DNA of 43,983 nt from an uncultured Trueperaceae bacterium (GCA_963727505.1 CAVSGP010000003.1:1-43983); one strand, 5' to 3'; shown: positions 28,037 through 37,199, counted from the stretch's first letter. Program-made: numbers and translations. The notes: generated by a model from the sequence alone, not told the origin.

Positions 28037-29314
28037 ATGCGCATCGTGACCGCAGAAGAGGCCGTCCGCGTCGTCCGTTCGCGCGACCGCGTGTTCGTCC
28101 ACAGCGTCGCCGCCGCGCCGCAACGGCTGATCGTGGCGCTCACCGCCCGCTGGCGCGAGCTGCAGGGCGTCGAGTTGATCCACCTCCACACCGAGGGGCC
28201 GGCACCCTACACCGACGCCGCCTACGCCAGGAGCTTCCATACCAGCGCCCTGTTCGTCGGCCCCAACGTCCGGGCCGCGGTCGAACAGGGCCAGGCCGAC
28301 TACATCCCCATCTTCCTGAGCGAGGTGCCGGAGTTGTTCCGGAGCGGAGCCATGCCGCTCGACGTGGCGCTGGTGCAGGTCTCGCCGCCCGACCGGCACG
28401 GCTACTGCTCGCTGGGCGTGTCGGTCGACACCAGCCGCGCCGCCGTCCACGCCGCACGCACCGTGATCGCGCAGGTCAACCCGAACATGCCGCGAACGCA
28501 CGGCGACGGCCTGCTGCACCACTCCAACATCGACCTGGCGGTCGAGGTCGACGACCCCATCCCCGAGGTACCCCGCACCCCGCCGAGCCCGGAGGCGCGC
28601 GCCATCGGCATCCATTGCGCCGCCCTGATCGAGGACGGCGCCACTCTGCAGATGGGCATCGGCGCCATCCCCGACGCGGTGCTGGCGGCGCTGGGCGACC
28701 ACCGCGACCTGGGCATCCACACCGAGATGTTCTCCGACGGCGCCGTCGACCTGATCGAGAGCGGGATCATCACCGGCGAGCGCAAGGTGAGCCACCCCGG
28801 CAAGGTGGTGGCGAGCTTCGTGATGGGCACGCGCCGGCTCTACGACTTCGTCGACGACAACCCGCTGGTGGTCCTGCTCGACGCCGGCTACGTCAACGAC
28901 ACCGCCGTCATCCGCCGCAACCCGCGCGTCACCGCCATCAACAGCGCCGTCGAGGTCGACCTGACGGGCCAGGTGTGCGCCGACTCGATCGGCACCCGCC
29001 AGTACTCGGGCGTGGGCGGGCAGATGGACTTCATGCGTGGGGCCTCGCTCTCGGAAGGCGGCAGGCCGATCATCGCGCTGCCCTCCACCACCAGCCGTGG
29101 CGAGAGCCGCATCGTGCCGTTCCTGAAGCAGGGAGCCGGTGTGGTGACGACCCGCGCGCACGTCCACTTCGTGGTGACCGAGTACGGCGTGGCCAGCCTC
29201 TACGGGAAGGCGCTGAGGCAGCGGGCGCGGGCGCTCATCCACATCGCCCACCCGGACCACCGGCAGGCGCTGGAGCGTGCGGCCTTCGAGCGCTTCCACC
29301 GGATGCCCGCCTGA
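28037..29314 (+). CDS. Acetyl-CoA hydrolase / 4-hydroxybutyrate CoA-transferase family
   Basis: LQMGIGAIPDAV, LGIHTEMFSDG, GVGGQMDF, VVTEYGVA, IAHPDHR; RBS GAGAGGG, ATG 28037. Confidence 0.93.
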   Translation: MRIVTAEEAVRVVRSRDRVFVHSVAAAPQRLIVALTARWRELQGVELIHLHTEGPAPYTDAAYARSFHTSALFVGPNVRAAVEQGQADYIPIFLSEVPELFRSGAMPLDVALVQVSPPDRHGYCSLGVSVDTSRAAVHAARTVIAQVNPNMPRTHGDGLLHHSNIDLAVEVDDPIPEVPRTPPSPEARAIGIHCAALIEDGATLQMGIGAIPDAVLAALGDHRDLGIHTEMFSDGAVDLIESGIITGERKVSHPGKVVASFVMGTRRLYDFVDDNPLVVLLDAGYVNDTAVIRRNPRVTAINSAVEVDLTGQVCADSIGTRQYSGVGGQMDFMRGASLSEGGRPIIALPSTTSRGESRIVPFLKQGAGVVTTRAHVHFVVTEYGVASLYGKALRQRARALIHIAHPDHRQALERAAFERFHRMPA

Positions 29315-29340
29315 GGCGCCGCCGGAACCGCCGCCGCGAC

Positions 29341-29389
29341 CACCGCTGAAGTACACCGCTGATAGCGCACCGTTGATAGCGCACCGCTG
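29341..29389. repeat. 13-14-bp tandem repeat CACCG(C/T)TGATAGCG x~3.5
   Basis: Units start at 29341, 29354, 29368 and 29382. Confidence 0.8.
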
Positions 29390-29472
29390 CGACCCCGCCG
29401 GCGGGCCCCACAACGTGCGGCGCCCGCCGCCTAGAAAGGCAGCGAGCGCCGCAATTCAGCCCTGAAGGCGAT

Positions 29473-29682
29473 TCAGGCGCGTTTACGTTGCTTCGTGCTG
29501 GCGCCGAACAGGCTGTACAGCGGGCAGAAGCCCACCAACCCGGTGAGCAGCAGGATCGCTCCGACGATGGCGAAGACAACCATCCAAACGCCGGAAACCC
29601 ACCCGAAGACCCACGCGGAGAGCAGAACGAGCCCGGCGATGACCCGGATGACCCGATCGGTAGCGCTTTCGTTGATCGTCAT
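29473..29682 (-). CDS. DUF2892 (YgaP-like) small membrane protein
   Basis: NESATDRVIR, two TM helices, TGLVGFCPLYSLFGAST; RBS AAGGAGG. Confidence 0.9.
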   Translation of the reverse strand: MTINESATDRVIRVIAGLVLLSAWVFGWVSGVWMVVFAIVGAILLLTGLVGFCPLYSLFGASTKQRKRA

Positions 29683-29754
29683 GGCCTTGCCTCCTTGTCC
29701 TTGTCAGGAGCATAGCGCACTATTCCCGCCATAGGAATGGTAGAAATAGGAACA

Positions 29755-30381
29755 ATGTCGAGCCGTGACGATCTCCTCCGACACCTCAAGCTCCGCGGGC
29801 CCAGCACGGTGCGCCAGCTCGCCGAGGCCACCGGGCTGTCGGACAACGCGGTGCGCCACCACCTCGCGCGCCTACGGCACCAGGGCTTCGTCGACGAGCA
29901 CACCGAACGTGAGGGGGTGGGGCGTCCGGCCCACCACTACACCCTCACGGCACTGGCCGAGGGGGCGTTCCCCAAGCGCTACGTCGACCTGCTGGAGGCC
30001 GTGCTCGAGAGCGCCGCGGCGCGCGGCCTGCTCGACACGCTGCTCGACGATGTGGCGGCCGCGCTGGCCGCGCGCGTCAAGGACGAGCTCGAGCCGCTCC
30101 CGCCGCGCGCGCGGCTGCTCAAGTTGATGCAGCAGCTCGACTACGGCGAGATGCTCGGGCGCCTCGCCAACACCCCGGGAGGCTGGGAGTTCGAGGCCTA
30201 CAACTGCGTCTACCGCGCCACCGGAGAACGCTTCGTCGGCGTCTGTGACCTGCTTCCCAAGGTCGTCGTGGACGCCACCGGGATGGCCGCCGAGCGGGTC
30301 CGCTGCCAGCGCGACGGGAACCACACCTGCCACTTCGCGGGCAGCTACGCCTCGGCCGACGACGGCGCTCGGGACGGCTGA
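29755..30381 (+). CDS. Winged-HTH regulator with a Cys-rich C-terminal domain (COG2345/SufR-like)
   Basis: HTH TVRQLAEATGLSDNAVRHHL, GVGRP, FPKRY; YNC, GVC and RCQRDGNHTC cysteines. Confidence 0.85.
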   Translation: MSSRDDLLRHLKLRGPSTVRQLAEATGLSDNAVRHHLARLRHQGFVDEHTEREGVGRPAHHYTLTALAEGAFPKRYVDLLEAVLESAAARGLLDTLLDDVAAALAARVKDELEPLPPRARLLKLMQQLDYGEMLGRLANTPGGWEFEAYNCVYRATGERFVGVCDLLPKVVVDATGMAAERVRCQRDGNHTCHFAGSYASADDGARDG

Positions 30382-30388
30382 ACCACAG

Positions 30389-30424
30389 GGCCATGCACCC
30401 GGCCATGCACCCGGCCATGCATCC
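30389..30424. repeat. 12-bp tandem repeat GGCCATGCACCC x3
   Basis: Read directly. Confidence 0.85.
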
Positions 30425-30466
30425 GCTCGGCGAGGCCGTGCGTACCGGTGGGTGGAGGTACACCCT

Positions 30467-31306
30467 ATGCACGCACGGCAGCGGCTCGTCCCGAACCGGC
30501 AGGCAAGGCACCGGCGCACCCCCAGCAAACGGGGCTTCCCCGCCCCCCTCACGGCTTCCGCCACGCGCGCGTTCGCGCTGATCCTGGGCCTCGCTGCGCT
30601 GGCCCTGGGCGGCAGCGCCCTGGCGCAGGCGGTGAACCCCACCGTCCAGGTCCGCTACGACGCCAAGCTCGGCTACGTCCTCACCGACGCACAGGGCATG
30701 ACCCTCTACATCTTCGCCAAGGACACGAAGGGCAAGAGCAACTGCAGCGGCGCGTGCGCCCAGGCCTGGCCGCCGCTCGTGGCCGACAGCGCGAGCATCT
30801 CACCGCTGAACGTACCGGGCTCGTTCAGCGTCATCACGCGCGACGACGGCACCAAGCAGGTGGCCTACAACGGCCTCCCGCTGTACACCTGGCAGGCCGA
30901 CAAGAAGCCGGGCGACACCACCGGCCAGGGCTTCCACGACACCTGGTGGGTCGCCAACCTCGAGCCCGCCGTGCAGACCCTGAAGACGGCCGACGGCAGC
31001 CTGCTGGTGGGCCCCACCGGCATGACGCTCTACACCTTCGGCAAGGACGGGCCCGGCACCTCGGCGTGCAGCGGGACCTGCGCCGCCAACTGGCCGCCGC
31101 TGGTCGGGGGCTACGACACCGCCAACGGCAACGCGCCCACGGCGGGCGCAGGCGTGAAGGGAACGCTCGGCGTCATCGCACGCGACGACGGCTCGAGCCA
31201 GCTCACGCTCGACGGGAAGCCCCTGTACTACTTCCGCGGCGACGGCACGCCCGGCCAGGCGACCGGCGACGGCCTGCTCGGCCAGTGGGCGAAGGTCGTG
31301 CAGTGA
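30467..31306 (+). CDS. Secreted repeat protein (COG4315 / Lipoprotein_15 repeats)
   Basis: Two copies of GMTLYxFxKD...CSGxCAxxWPPL and two of G.PLY...D..PG..TG.G....W; signal peptide ending ALA-Q; RBS GGAGG. Confidence 0.88.
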   Translation: MHARQRLVPNRQARHRRTPSKRGFPAPLTASATRAFALILGLAALALGGSALAQAVNPTVQVRYDAKLGYVLTDAQGMTLYIFAKDTKGKSNCSGACAQAWPPLVADSASISPLNVPGSFSVITRDDGTKQVAYNGLPLYTWQADKKPGDTTGQGFHDTWWVANLEPAVQTLKTADGSLLVGPTGMTLYTFGKDGPGTSACSGTCAANWPPLVGGYDTANGNAPTAGAGVKGTLGVIARDDGSSQLTLDGKPLYYFRGDGTPGQATGDGLLGQWAKVVQ

Positions 31307-31346
31307 CCGCCGGCCGCGTCCGAGCGCACCCCTAGACCCACTCTCC

Positions 31347-31413
31347 GGAGGCCCCTCCCGGGCCTCCATGATCCTGCCGAGGACCGCATCCACCCCTGGC
31401 CTGCGGTCCTCGG
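31347..31413. terminator. Two hairpins between convergent genes (likely terminators)
   Basis: GGAGGCCC/GGGCCTCC (31347-31367) and a 12-bp stem CCGAGGACCGCA/TGCGGTCCTCGG (31377-31413). Confidence 0.6.
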
Positions 31414-31495
31414 TTCTACGTGGATGCAGCGGGCGCCGCCTGCGCGATGCTGCCCGCGTGATGCTGCCTGCATGGGGCCGCCCGCATGGGGCCGC

Positions 31496-32821
31496 TCAGG
31501 CCGAGGCAGCGCGCCCGCGGAACATCAGCGGCACCGCCGGGATCCCCAGCAGCGCCACCAGCGCCGCCACCAGGAAGGCGCGCTGGAGCCCGGCCCCGTC
31601 GGCGAGCAGGCCGACGGTGTAGATGCCGCCGGCGCGCACCAGGAAGTTCATCGCCAGGAAGGTGCCGTTGGCCAGCGCGCGGTTCTCCGGGAAGGCGTCC
31701 TGCACCGACGCCAGCAGCACCGGCGTGGCGCTCACCGCCGACAGCCCCAGCAGGAGCAACAGCGGGAAGGCGAGCGCGGGGGGTGCGTAGAGGAAGGCGA
31801 TCATCACCAGCGGCGCCGAGACGGCCAGGGTGAGCAGCACACTGCCGCGACCGAGGCGATCCGAGACGGTGCCGGCGGAGAGAGCGCCCACCACGCCCGC
31901 CGCCTCCAGGATGGTGAGGGACGCGCCGGCCAGCCACAGGCCGGTGCCCATCACGTCCTTCATGAACAGCGGGAGGTAGATGGTCGCCGCCACCAGCAGC
32001 ATCACGCGGGTGGCGATCAGCAGGCCGATGGCCGGGAAGACGCGACGGGCGGTCGACCACGGCAGGAGCCCCGTCCGACGGACCGCGCCCTCCGCCGAGA
32101 CGTTGCGCAGGCGGAAGTACAGGATCACGCTCACGGCCCAGCCGATGAAGGCAAGGCGCCACAGCCCCTCGAGGCCGAACCAGCCCACCGCCGCCACGGC
32201 CAGCAACGGCCCCAGGGAGCGCCCGAGCTCACCGCCGGCCATGAAGATGCTCATGCCCGCGCCGACCCGGCGCCCCGAGACGTGCGCCACCATCGCCGGC
32301 GCCGGCGCATGGAACGACGCCACGCTCAAGCCGGCGGCCAGCAGCAGGAACACGAGCGACAGGTAGTTCGGCGCCCGGCCCAGCAGGGTGATGAGCGTCG
32401 CGGTCACGGCCGGCGCCAGGATCACGAAGTAGCGCAGGCTGACCTTGTCGGCCAGGTAGCCGATGGCCGGGTTGAGAAGGCTGGGGAGTTGCAGGAAGAC
32501 CGCGAGGCCGCCGGTCATGGTGTAGTCGGTGTTGAGCTTCTGCTGCAGGACCGGGAGGAGCGGCGCCACGAAGGCGGTGAAGCTGTCGTGCGCGAAGTGA
32601 CCACCGGCCACGGTGGCGACGTCGCCGGTCCGGAAGCGCTCCTCTGGGGCGGCAGCGACCCCGGCCTGGCTCGTCCGCGGCGCGCCGCCGGTCGCGGCGC
32701 CCGCGACGGAGGCGGGGCCGGGGTCGGACGCCGCGCTACTCGCCACGTCGCTTGCCACGTCGGCCGCCGCCGGGCCGGCCACGCCGCCGACGGGAACCTC
32801 GTGGTGGTCGTTCGGATCCAT
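31496..32821 (-). CDS. MFS transporter (Fsr-like)
   Basis: HFAHD, GYLADK, SFHAPA, AGMSIFMAGGELG, GTVSDRLGR; ATG 32821 lies 7 nt after TATGCT. Confidence 0.88.
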   Translation of the reverse strand: MDPNDHHEVPVGGVAGPAAADVASDVASSAASDPGPASVAGAATGGAPRTSQAGVAAAPEERFRTGDVATVAGGHFAHDSFTAFVAPLLPVLQQKLNTDYTMTGGLAVFLQLPSLLNPAIGYLADKVSLRYFVILAPAVTATLITLLGRAPNYLSLVFLLLAAGLSVASFHAPAPAMVAHVSGRRVGAGMSIFMAGGELGRSLGPLLAVAAVGWFGLEGLWRLAFIGWAVSVILYFRLRNVSAEGAVRRTGLLPWSTARRVFPAIGLLIATRVMLLVAATIYLPLFMKDVMGTGLWLAGASLTILEAAGVVGALSAGTVSDRLGRGSVLLTLAVSAPLVMIAFLYAPPALAFPLLLLLGLSAVSATPVLLASVQDAFPENRALANGTFLAMNFLVRAGGIYTVGLLADGAGLQRAFLVAALVALLGIPAVPLMFRGRAASA

Positions 32822-32913
32822 GCGGACCAGCATAGCCCGCGCCTCCGAGCTTCCGAGACGCCCAGGCTATGCAGGTGCAGCGTGCGCCGGCGCGCGCCGG
32901 CGCTCTTGCCGGC

Positions 32914-33939
32914 TCAGCGATGGACCGCGAGCAGGAAGCGGTCCATCCAGCGATCCGGCAGGAAGCGCGTCAGCACGTCCACCACGCGCGCGTCGAAGCC
33001 CACGCGGTAGCGCGTGCGCGCGCGCGTCGCCGTAAGGGCGTGCAGCACCGCCCGCGCCACCCCGTCGGGCGGGATGCCGGCGGAGTCGACGTCGGTCACG
33101 CCGCGAGCGACGGTGCGGATGGTCGTTTCGTAGAGCTCGGCCGCCTCGTCGGGCATGCGCGCCATGCGCGCCTCACCGGCGCCCATCGTCTTGCCCCAGA
33201 TGGGGGTGCGCACCCGCCCGGGCTCCACGATCGACACCTGCAGCCCCCACGGCCCCAACTCCAGACGGAAGGCATCGCCCACCGCCTCGATGGCGAACTT
33301 GGAGGCCGCGTAGGCGCCCACCAACCGCGAGGAGACCAGGCCGGAGATCGAGCCCACGAACACCACGCGGCCGTAGCTGCCGCGCACCGGCGAGCTCCCG
33401 CCCGCGGGCGACCAGTCGACGCCGGCCGGCGCGGCGGGCGCCCTCACCCCGAACCCACGACGCGGGCCCTCCATCGCTGCCTGGCGCTCGCGCGCGCGCC
33501 TCAACAGCGGCAGCATGGCCTGGGTGACCGCGACCTGGCCGAGAACGTTGACCTCGAGTTGGAGACGGAGATCCTCCAGTGGCAGGAACTCCAGGGGTCC
33601 CGCCACCACCAGGCCGGCGTTGTTCACCACGCCGTGCAGGCCGCGCTCGCCGGTGCGTTCGTCGATGACGCCAGCGGCACGCGCGATGCCGTCCTCGTCG
33701 GTGATGTCGAACAGCAGGGGTGTAATGCCGCCCGCGGCGGGCCCCCCGCCCCCGGTCGCGGCCGCTCGCGCCTCTCGACCGTCCTGCTCGAGCAGCTCCG
33801 CCGACTCTTCGCGTCGCACGCCGGCGAACACCTCGAAGCCCCGGCGGGCGAGCAGGCCGGCCACAGCGCGACCGATCCCGGTCGACGCACCGGTCACCAG
33901 GACGGCTGGCGGCGTGTCCCCCTCCGAAGCGACATGCAC
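32914..33939 (-). CDS. SDR family oxidoreductase
   Basis: TGASTGIG, NNAG, GSISG, YAASK; GTG 6 nt after TAAGAT; two Gly/Pro-rich insertions. Confidence 0.92.
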   Translation of the reverse strand: MHVASEGDTPPAVLVTGASTGIGRAVAGLLARRGFEVFAGVRREESAELLEQDGREARAAATGGGGPAAGGITPLLFDITDEDGIARAAGVIDERTGERGLHGVVNNAGLVVAGPLEFLPLEDLRLQLEVNVLGQVAVTQAMLPLLRRARERQAAMEGPRRGFGVRAPAAPAGVDWSPAGGSSPVRGSYGRVVFVGSISGLVSSRLVGAYAASKFAIEAVGDAFRLELGPWGLQVSIVEPGRVRTPIWGKTMGAGEARMARMPDEAAELYETTIRTVARGVTDVDSAGIPPDGVARAVLHALTATRARTRYRVGFDARVVDVLTRFLPDRWMDRFLLAVHR

Positions 33940-34039
33940 GGAGCCATCTTACGGTGTCTGGCTGCTACTCCGGCCGCGTCCGGGACCGAGGCGGGTGCGG
34001 TGGGTGCGCCGTGGACGGAGGGCAGGCGACCGGCGCAAG

Positions 34040-34266
34040 ACCAAAGCAACCCGCGGGGAGAAATCCCCGCGGGTCACCGGCCGAAGGCCGTGAAGGAGAG
34101 AGTTGTGCTTCCGGATCCTCAACGCTGGGACGGTCCCAGCTACAGTACGTTCACCCTAACTCGGTTGCCTCAATTGAGGCCGGAAGCACGTACACCAGTG
34201 TCTCGACGCCTTTTCGGTCCTTGTCGGTCTCGTGGAGCGGCCTACTCGGCGCCTGCTCACCGATGC
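34040..34266 (-). ncRNA. Candidate structured non-coding RNA (~225 nt), family unidentified, 6S/Ms1-like rod
   Basis: Lower-GC intergenic stretch; TAGCAT box at 34278-34273; long-range helix GTGCTTCCGG/CCGGAAGCAC plus CCTCAA/TTGAGG; terminal 11-bp hairpin. Confidence 0.6.
34049..34074 (-). terminator. 11-bp hairpin ACCCGCGGGGA-N4-TCCCCGCGGGT followed by TGCTTT on the minus strand
   Basis: Perfect stem read directly; the U-tract is weak. Confidence 0.7.
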
Positions 34267-34311
34267 ACGATCATGCTAGACGGCCAAGGTTGCAGCAAGA
34301 CAGGGACACAT

Positions 34312-34381
34312 GTCCTGATAACCCTCTCCTGATAGGCCTGTCCTGAAGGGCCCGTCCTGAAGGGCCCGTCCTGAAGGGCCC
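34312..34381. repeat. 14-bp tandem repeat GTCCTGAAGGGCCC x3 plus two degenerate units
   Basis: Units at 34312, 34326, 34340, 34354 and 34368. Confidence 0.9.
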
Positions 34382-34383
34382 CC

Positions 34384-34791
34384 TCAGACGTCCGCCCCGG
34401 CGCCCCCCTGCAGCGCCGCCCGGACGTGATCCGGCACGGGCACGGGCCGCTGCGCGTCGTAATCGAACCACACCACCACCGACTCGACGGTCGCCGCCCG
34501 CTCGCCGTCGGCCTGCACTTCCTGGTGGAGGCCGATGCTGCTGCGGCCGATGCGCGTCACCTCGGTGGTCACCACCACGCGGCTCCCGAGGCGCACCTGG
34601 GCGTGGAAGTCGATGGCGATCCGCGCCAGGATCGGCCCGCCCTCGTCCCAACTCACGCGCCGCATCAGCTCGATGCGGCCGAGCTCGGCGTAGGTCGCGT
34701 AGGCCGCGTTGTTGACGTGCCCCAGGGCGTCGGTGTCGCCGAAGCGCACCTGGATCTCGGTGGTGTGCCGGCGTCGGCTGGATTCGCTCAT
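34384..34791 (-). CDS. 4HBT-type acyl-CoA thioesterase (hotdog fold)
   Basis: VRFGDTDALGHVNNAAYATYAELGR, IGRSS, PVPVPD. Confidence 0.9.
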   Translation of the reverse strand: MSESSRRRHTTEIQVRFGDTDALGHVNNAAYATYAELGRIELMRRVSWDEGGPILARIAIDFHAQVRLGSRVVVTTEVTRIGRSSIGLHQEVQADGERAATVESVVVWFDYDAQRPVPVPDHVRAALQGGAGADV

Positions 34792-34940
34792 GGGGGGCCT
34801 CCCGGGGGCGCCGCCAGCCTACCGCACGGGCCCCGCGACAAGGCGCGAGCGGGGTGCCGCCCGTGTGGTGGCGGGCGCGGCTCTCCAAGCACTATCGTGG
34901 ACGGACAGTACGCACCCGCTGGCCCGCGATGGAGGGCAAC

Positions 34941-37199
34941 ATGCGGTTTCTGCGTGGTCTGCTCGTGCTCGTGTTGGTGGCCGCAACGGCCGCGGCATGC
35001 GCGCCCGGCGCGGACGTGGGCTCCGTGCGTCTGCCCACCGGCGCTCGCGACACCCTGTCCGATGCCGACATCGTCCTGCTCGACCCGGTCGGCGCTCTCG
35101 TGGGGCGCGACCCGCCCCTGAGCACCGACATCCACGACGCCACCTTCGACGCGCCCGAGCTCGACGGCTACACGCCCACCACGCTGGTGCCCTTGGAGGC
35201 GATGCCCCGCGCATTCGATGGCAGCTACTACCTGGCGCCCGGCGATTACGAGATCACGGCCTGGGGGTTCTGCGGTCGCGCCGGCACCTACGAGCCCACC
35301 GTGGGGGGACCGGGGTACGTCTATGCCCCGCTGAAGGGCTCGCTCGCGGATGTCATGACGCGCCTGCTCGAAGCCTCCTACCGGCACCCGGAGGTGTCGC
35401 AACGGTCCATCCAGGTCTTGCTGTGGGCCATCATCGCGCGCACGCCGCTTCCCTCCATGCCGCCCGAGGTCCAGGACACCGCGCGGCGCCTGCTCGACGC
35501 CGACGACCTCGCGCGCCTGCGCGCGAACACCTCCAACGAGGTCGGGCAGGCCCTGTTCGAGCGCGCCCTGCAGCAGCTGCCTCCGGGGCTCCGCGAGGTG
35601 GCCCGCGCCGAGGACCGCATCCGCACGCTGCTCCGCGGCGACAGCGTCGCGTACGCGGCGCTCGAGCAAGCCGCCGTCCTCACGGGCAACCCGCCTCCGG
35701 GCCTGACCGTGCGCGCCATCCCCCAGGGGCGGTGGTCGCACCATCCCGACGGCTACGACGTCCGATACGCGCCCTCCGGGTACTCCGTGTTGCGCATCCA
35801 GATCCACGTGCCCGAGGCCGTCGGCGCCCTACCCGACCCGGGCGTGATCCGCGCCCAGGGCGCGAGCAGCGCCCAGGGTGGTGACGGCATGGTCAACGCC
35901 GACCTGAGCGACGGCGCGGCACTGTCCGGCAACACCTCCCGGCAGCGGCTCCTGAGCAACGGCTCGAGCGCCGACGAAAACGTCCTCGAACGGGCCAAGG
36001 ACGCGGTCGGGTGGGTGAAGCTGTTCGCCAACCTGTTGCCGTTCTTCGGCGGCCAGAGCCTCGAGCAGGGGGCGGTCCAGGGCTTCTCGGAGCTCACTGC
36101 GGGCGCCTCGATGTTCTCCCCCGTCGCGATGGCGGGGTACCTGTTGGACTTCATCTTCAGCGCCGGAGCCGACATCATCAACGCCACCGCCGGCTACGAG
36201 GGAGGCGGGACCGGGGGCGGGGCAGGGTCCGAAAATCGGGGCCCGCCATCGAGTGGCGGCTCCTCCTCCGCGGGCTCCAGCGGCTCCCCGACGTGGAACC
36301 CGCACCCTGGCTCGCCCGGCGGGTCCGGTCCGGGCGACAGCGGGACGGCCGGCGGAACGAGCAGCGGGACGAGCGGCGGCGAGGACGGTGGCGCCGGCGG
36401 CACCAGTACCGGCGGCACCAGCACAGGTGACGCCAACACAGGTGACGCCAGCACAGGTGGCACCAGCACCGGCGGCGACACGACCGGCGACACCGGCACC
36501 AGCGGCGACACGACCGGCGACACGACCGGCGACACGACCGGCGACACGACCGATGCCGGCGGCACCAGCGGGAGCGAGACCGGCAGCACCGGGAGCGGCG
36601 GCGACACGACCACGGCCCCGGACGGCTCCAGTTCCGGCGCCGGATCTAGCGGCGCGGGCAGCGCGCTGACCTTCCCTGAGGGCCTCCCCGACGACCTGCG
36701 GCGGGCGATCGAGCGCCTCGTGACCGCGGCCGGCGAGCTGTTGCGCGACCTGCAGCTCTACCAGGACTCCGCCGTGCGGCTCGACAGCGTCAGCCACGGC
36801 GACGCCGAAGCAGGGTACGCGCTGGCCGCGCAGACGCTCGAACGCAAACGCAGCGCCGGAGTCTCCATGTTGCGCACCTCGGCCGCGCTCGACGACCTCG
36901 GAGCGGTGCTCGATGCGCATCACCTGGGCCTTATCCCGCTCAGGGCGGACGCAGTGCGTGCCTTCCAACACCGACTGCGGGACGAGGGCGTCCCCGAGGC
37001 GCTGCGCGCGGAGCTGCGTCGCGCGGGCATGACCGACGCCGACATCGATCGATTGGTCCAGCGCTACCTGGAGCTCGACGCCGACGAGGTTGCGGCCGGC
37101 TTCCGGCGCTCCCTGACCCGCACGGCCGCCGCCCTGCGCTCGCTGGGCACGATCTGGGGCGGCCTACCCTCGATGCTGGTCGGTGGCACGGTCTACTGA
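34941..37199 (+). CDS. Hypothetical lipoprotein: N-terminal thioester-domain-like region, G/S/T/D linker, helical C-terminal domain
   Basis: RBS GGAGGG; signal MRFLRGLLVLVLVAATAAA-C; coding-like GC3; GDTT/TGGTS repeats. The CDS is credible; the function is speculative. Confidence 0.75.
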   Translation: MRFLRGLLVLVLVAATAAACAPGADVGSVRLPTGARDTLSDADIVLLDPVGALVGRDPPLSTDIHDATFDAPELDGYTPTTLVPLEAMPRAFDGSYYLAPGDYEITAWGFCGRAGTYEPTVGGPGYVYAPLKGSLADVMTRLLEASYRHPEVSQRSIQVLLWAIIARTPLPSMPPEVQDTARRLLDADDLARLRANTSNEVGQALFERALQQLPPGLREVARAEDRIRTLLRGDSVAYAALEQAAVLTGNPPPGLTVRAIPQGRWSHHPDGYDVRYAPSGYSVLRIQIHVPEAVGALPDPGVIRAQGASSAQGGDGMVNADLSDGAALSGNTSRQRLLSNGSSADENVLERAKDAVGWVKLFANLLPFFGGQSLEQGAVQGFSELTAGASMFSPVAMAGYLLDFIFSAGADIINATAGYEGGGTGGGAGSENRGPPSSGGSSSAGSSGSPTWNPHPGSPGGSGPGDSGTAGGTSSGTSGGEDGGAGGTSTGGTSTGDANTGDASTGGTSTGGDTTGDTGTSGDTTGDTTGDTTGDTTDAGGTSGSETGSTGSGGDTTTAPDGSSSGAGSSGAGSALTFPEGLPDDLRRAIERLVTAAGELLRDLQLYQDSAVRLDSVSHGDAEAGYALAAQTLERKRSAGVSMLRTSAALDDLGAVLDAHHLGLIPLRADAVRAFQHRLRDEGVPEALRAELRRAGMTDADIDRLVQRYLELDADEVAAGFRRSLTRTAAALRSLGTIWGGLPSMLVGGTVY

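Noticed and set aside
34040..34266. tmRNA, RNase P, SRP RNA or a known riboswitch
   Set aside because: No tRNA-like ends, no GAGGAAAGTCC, no SRP helix-8 motif and no aptamer consensus that I recognise.
34105..34332. 75-aa plus-strand ORF behind an AAGGAG sequence
   Set aside because: Codon usage lacks the strong GC3 bias of real genes here and no motif is present; the structured RNA explains the region better, though the ORF is not formally excluded.
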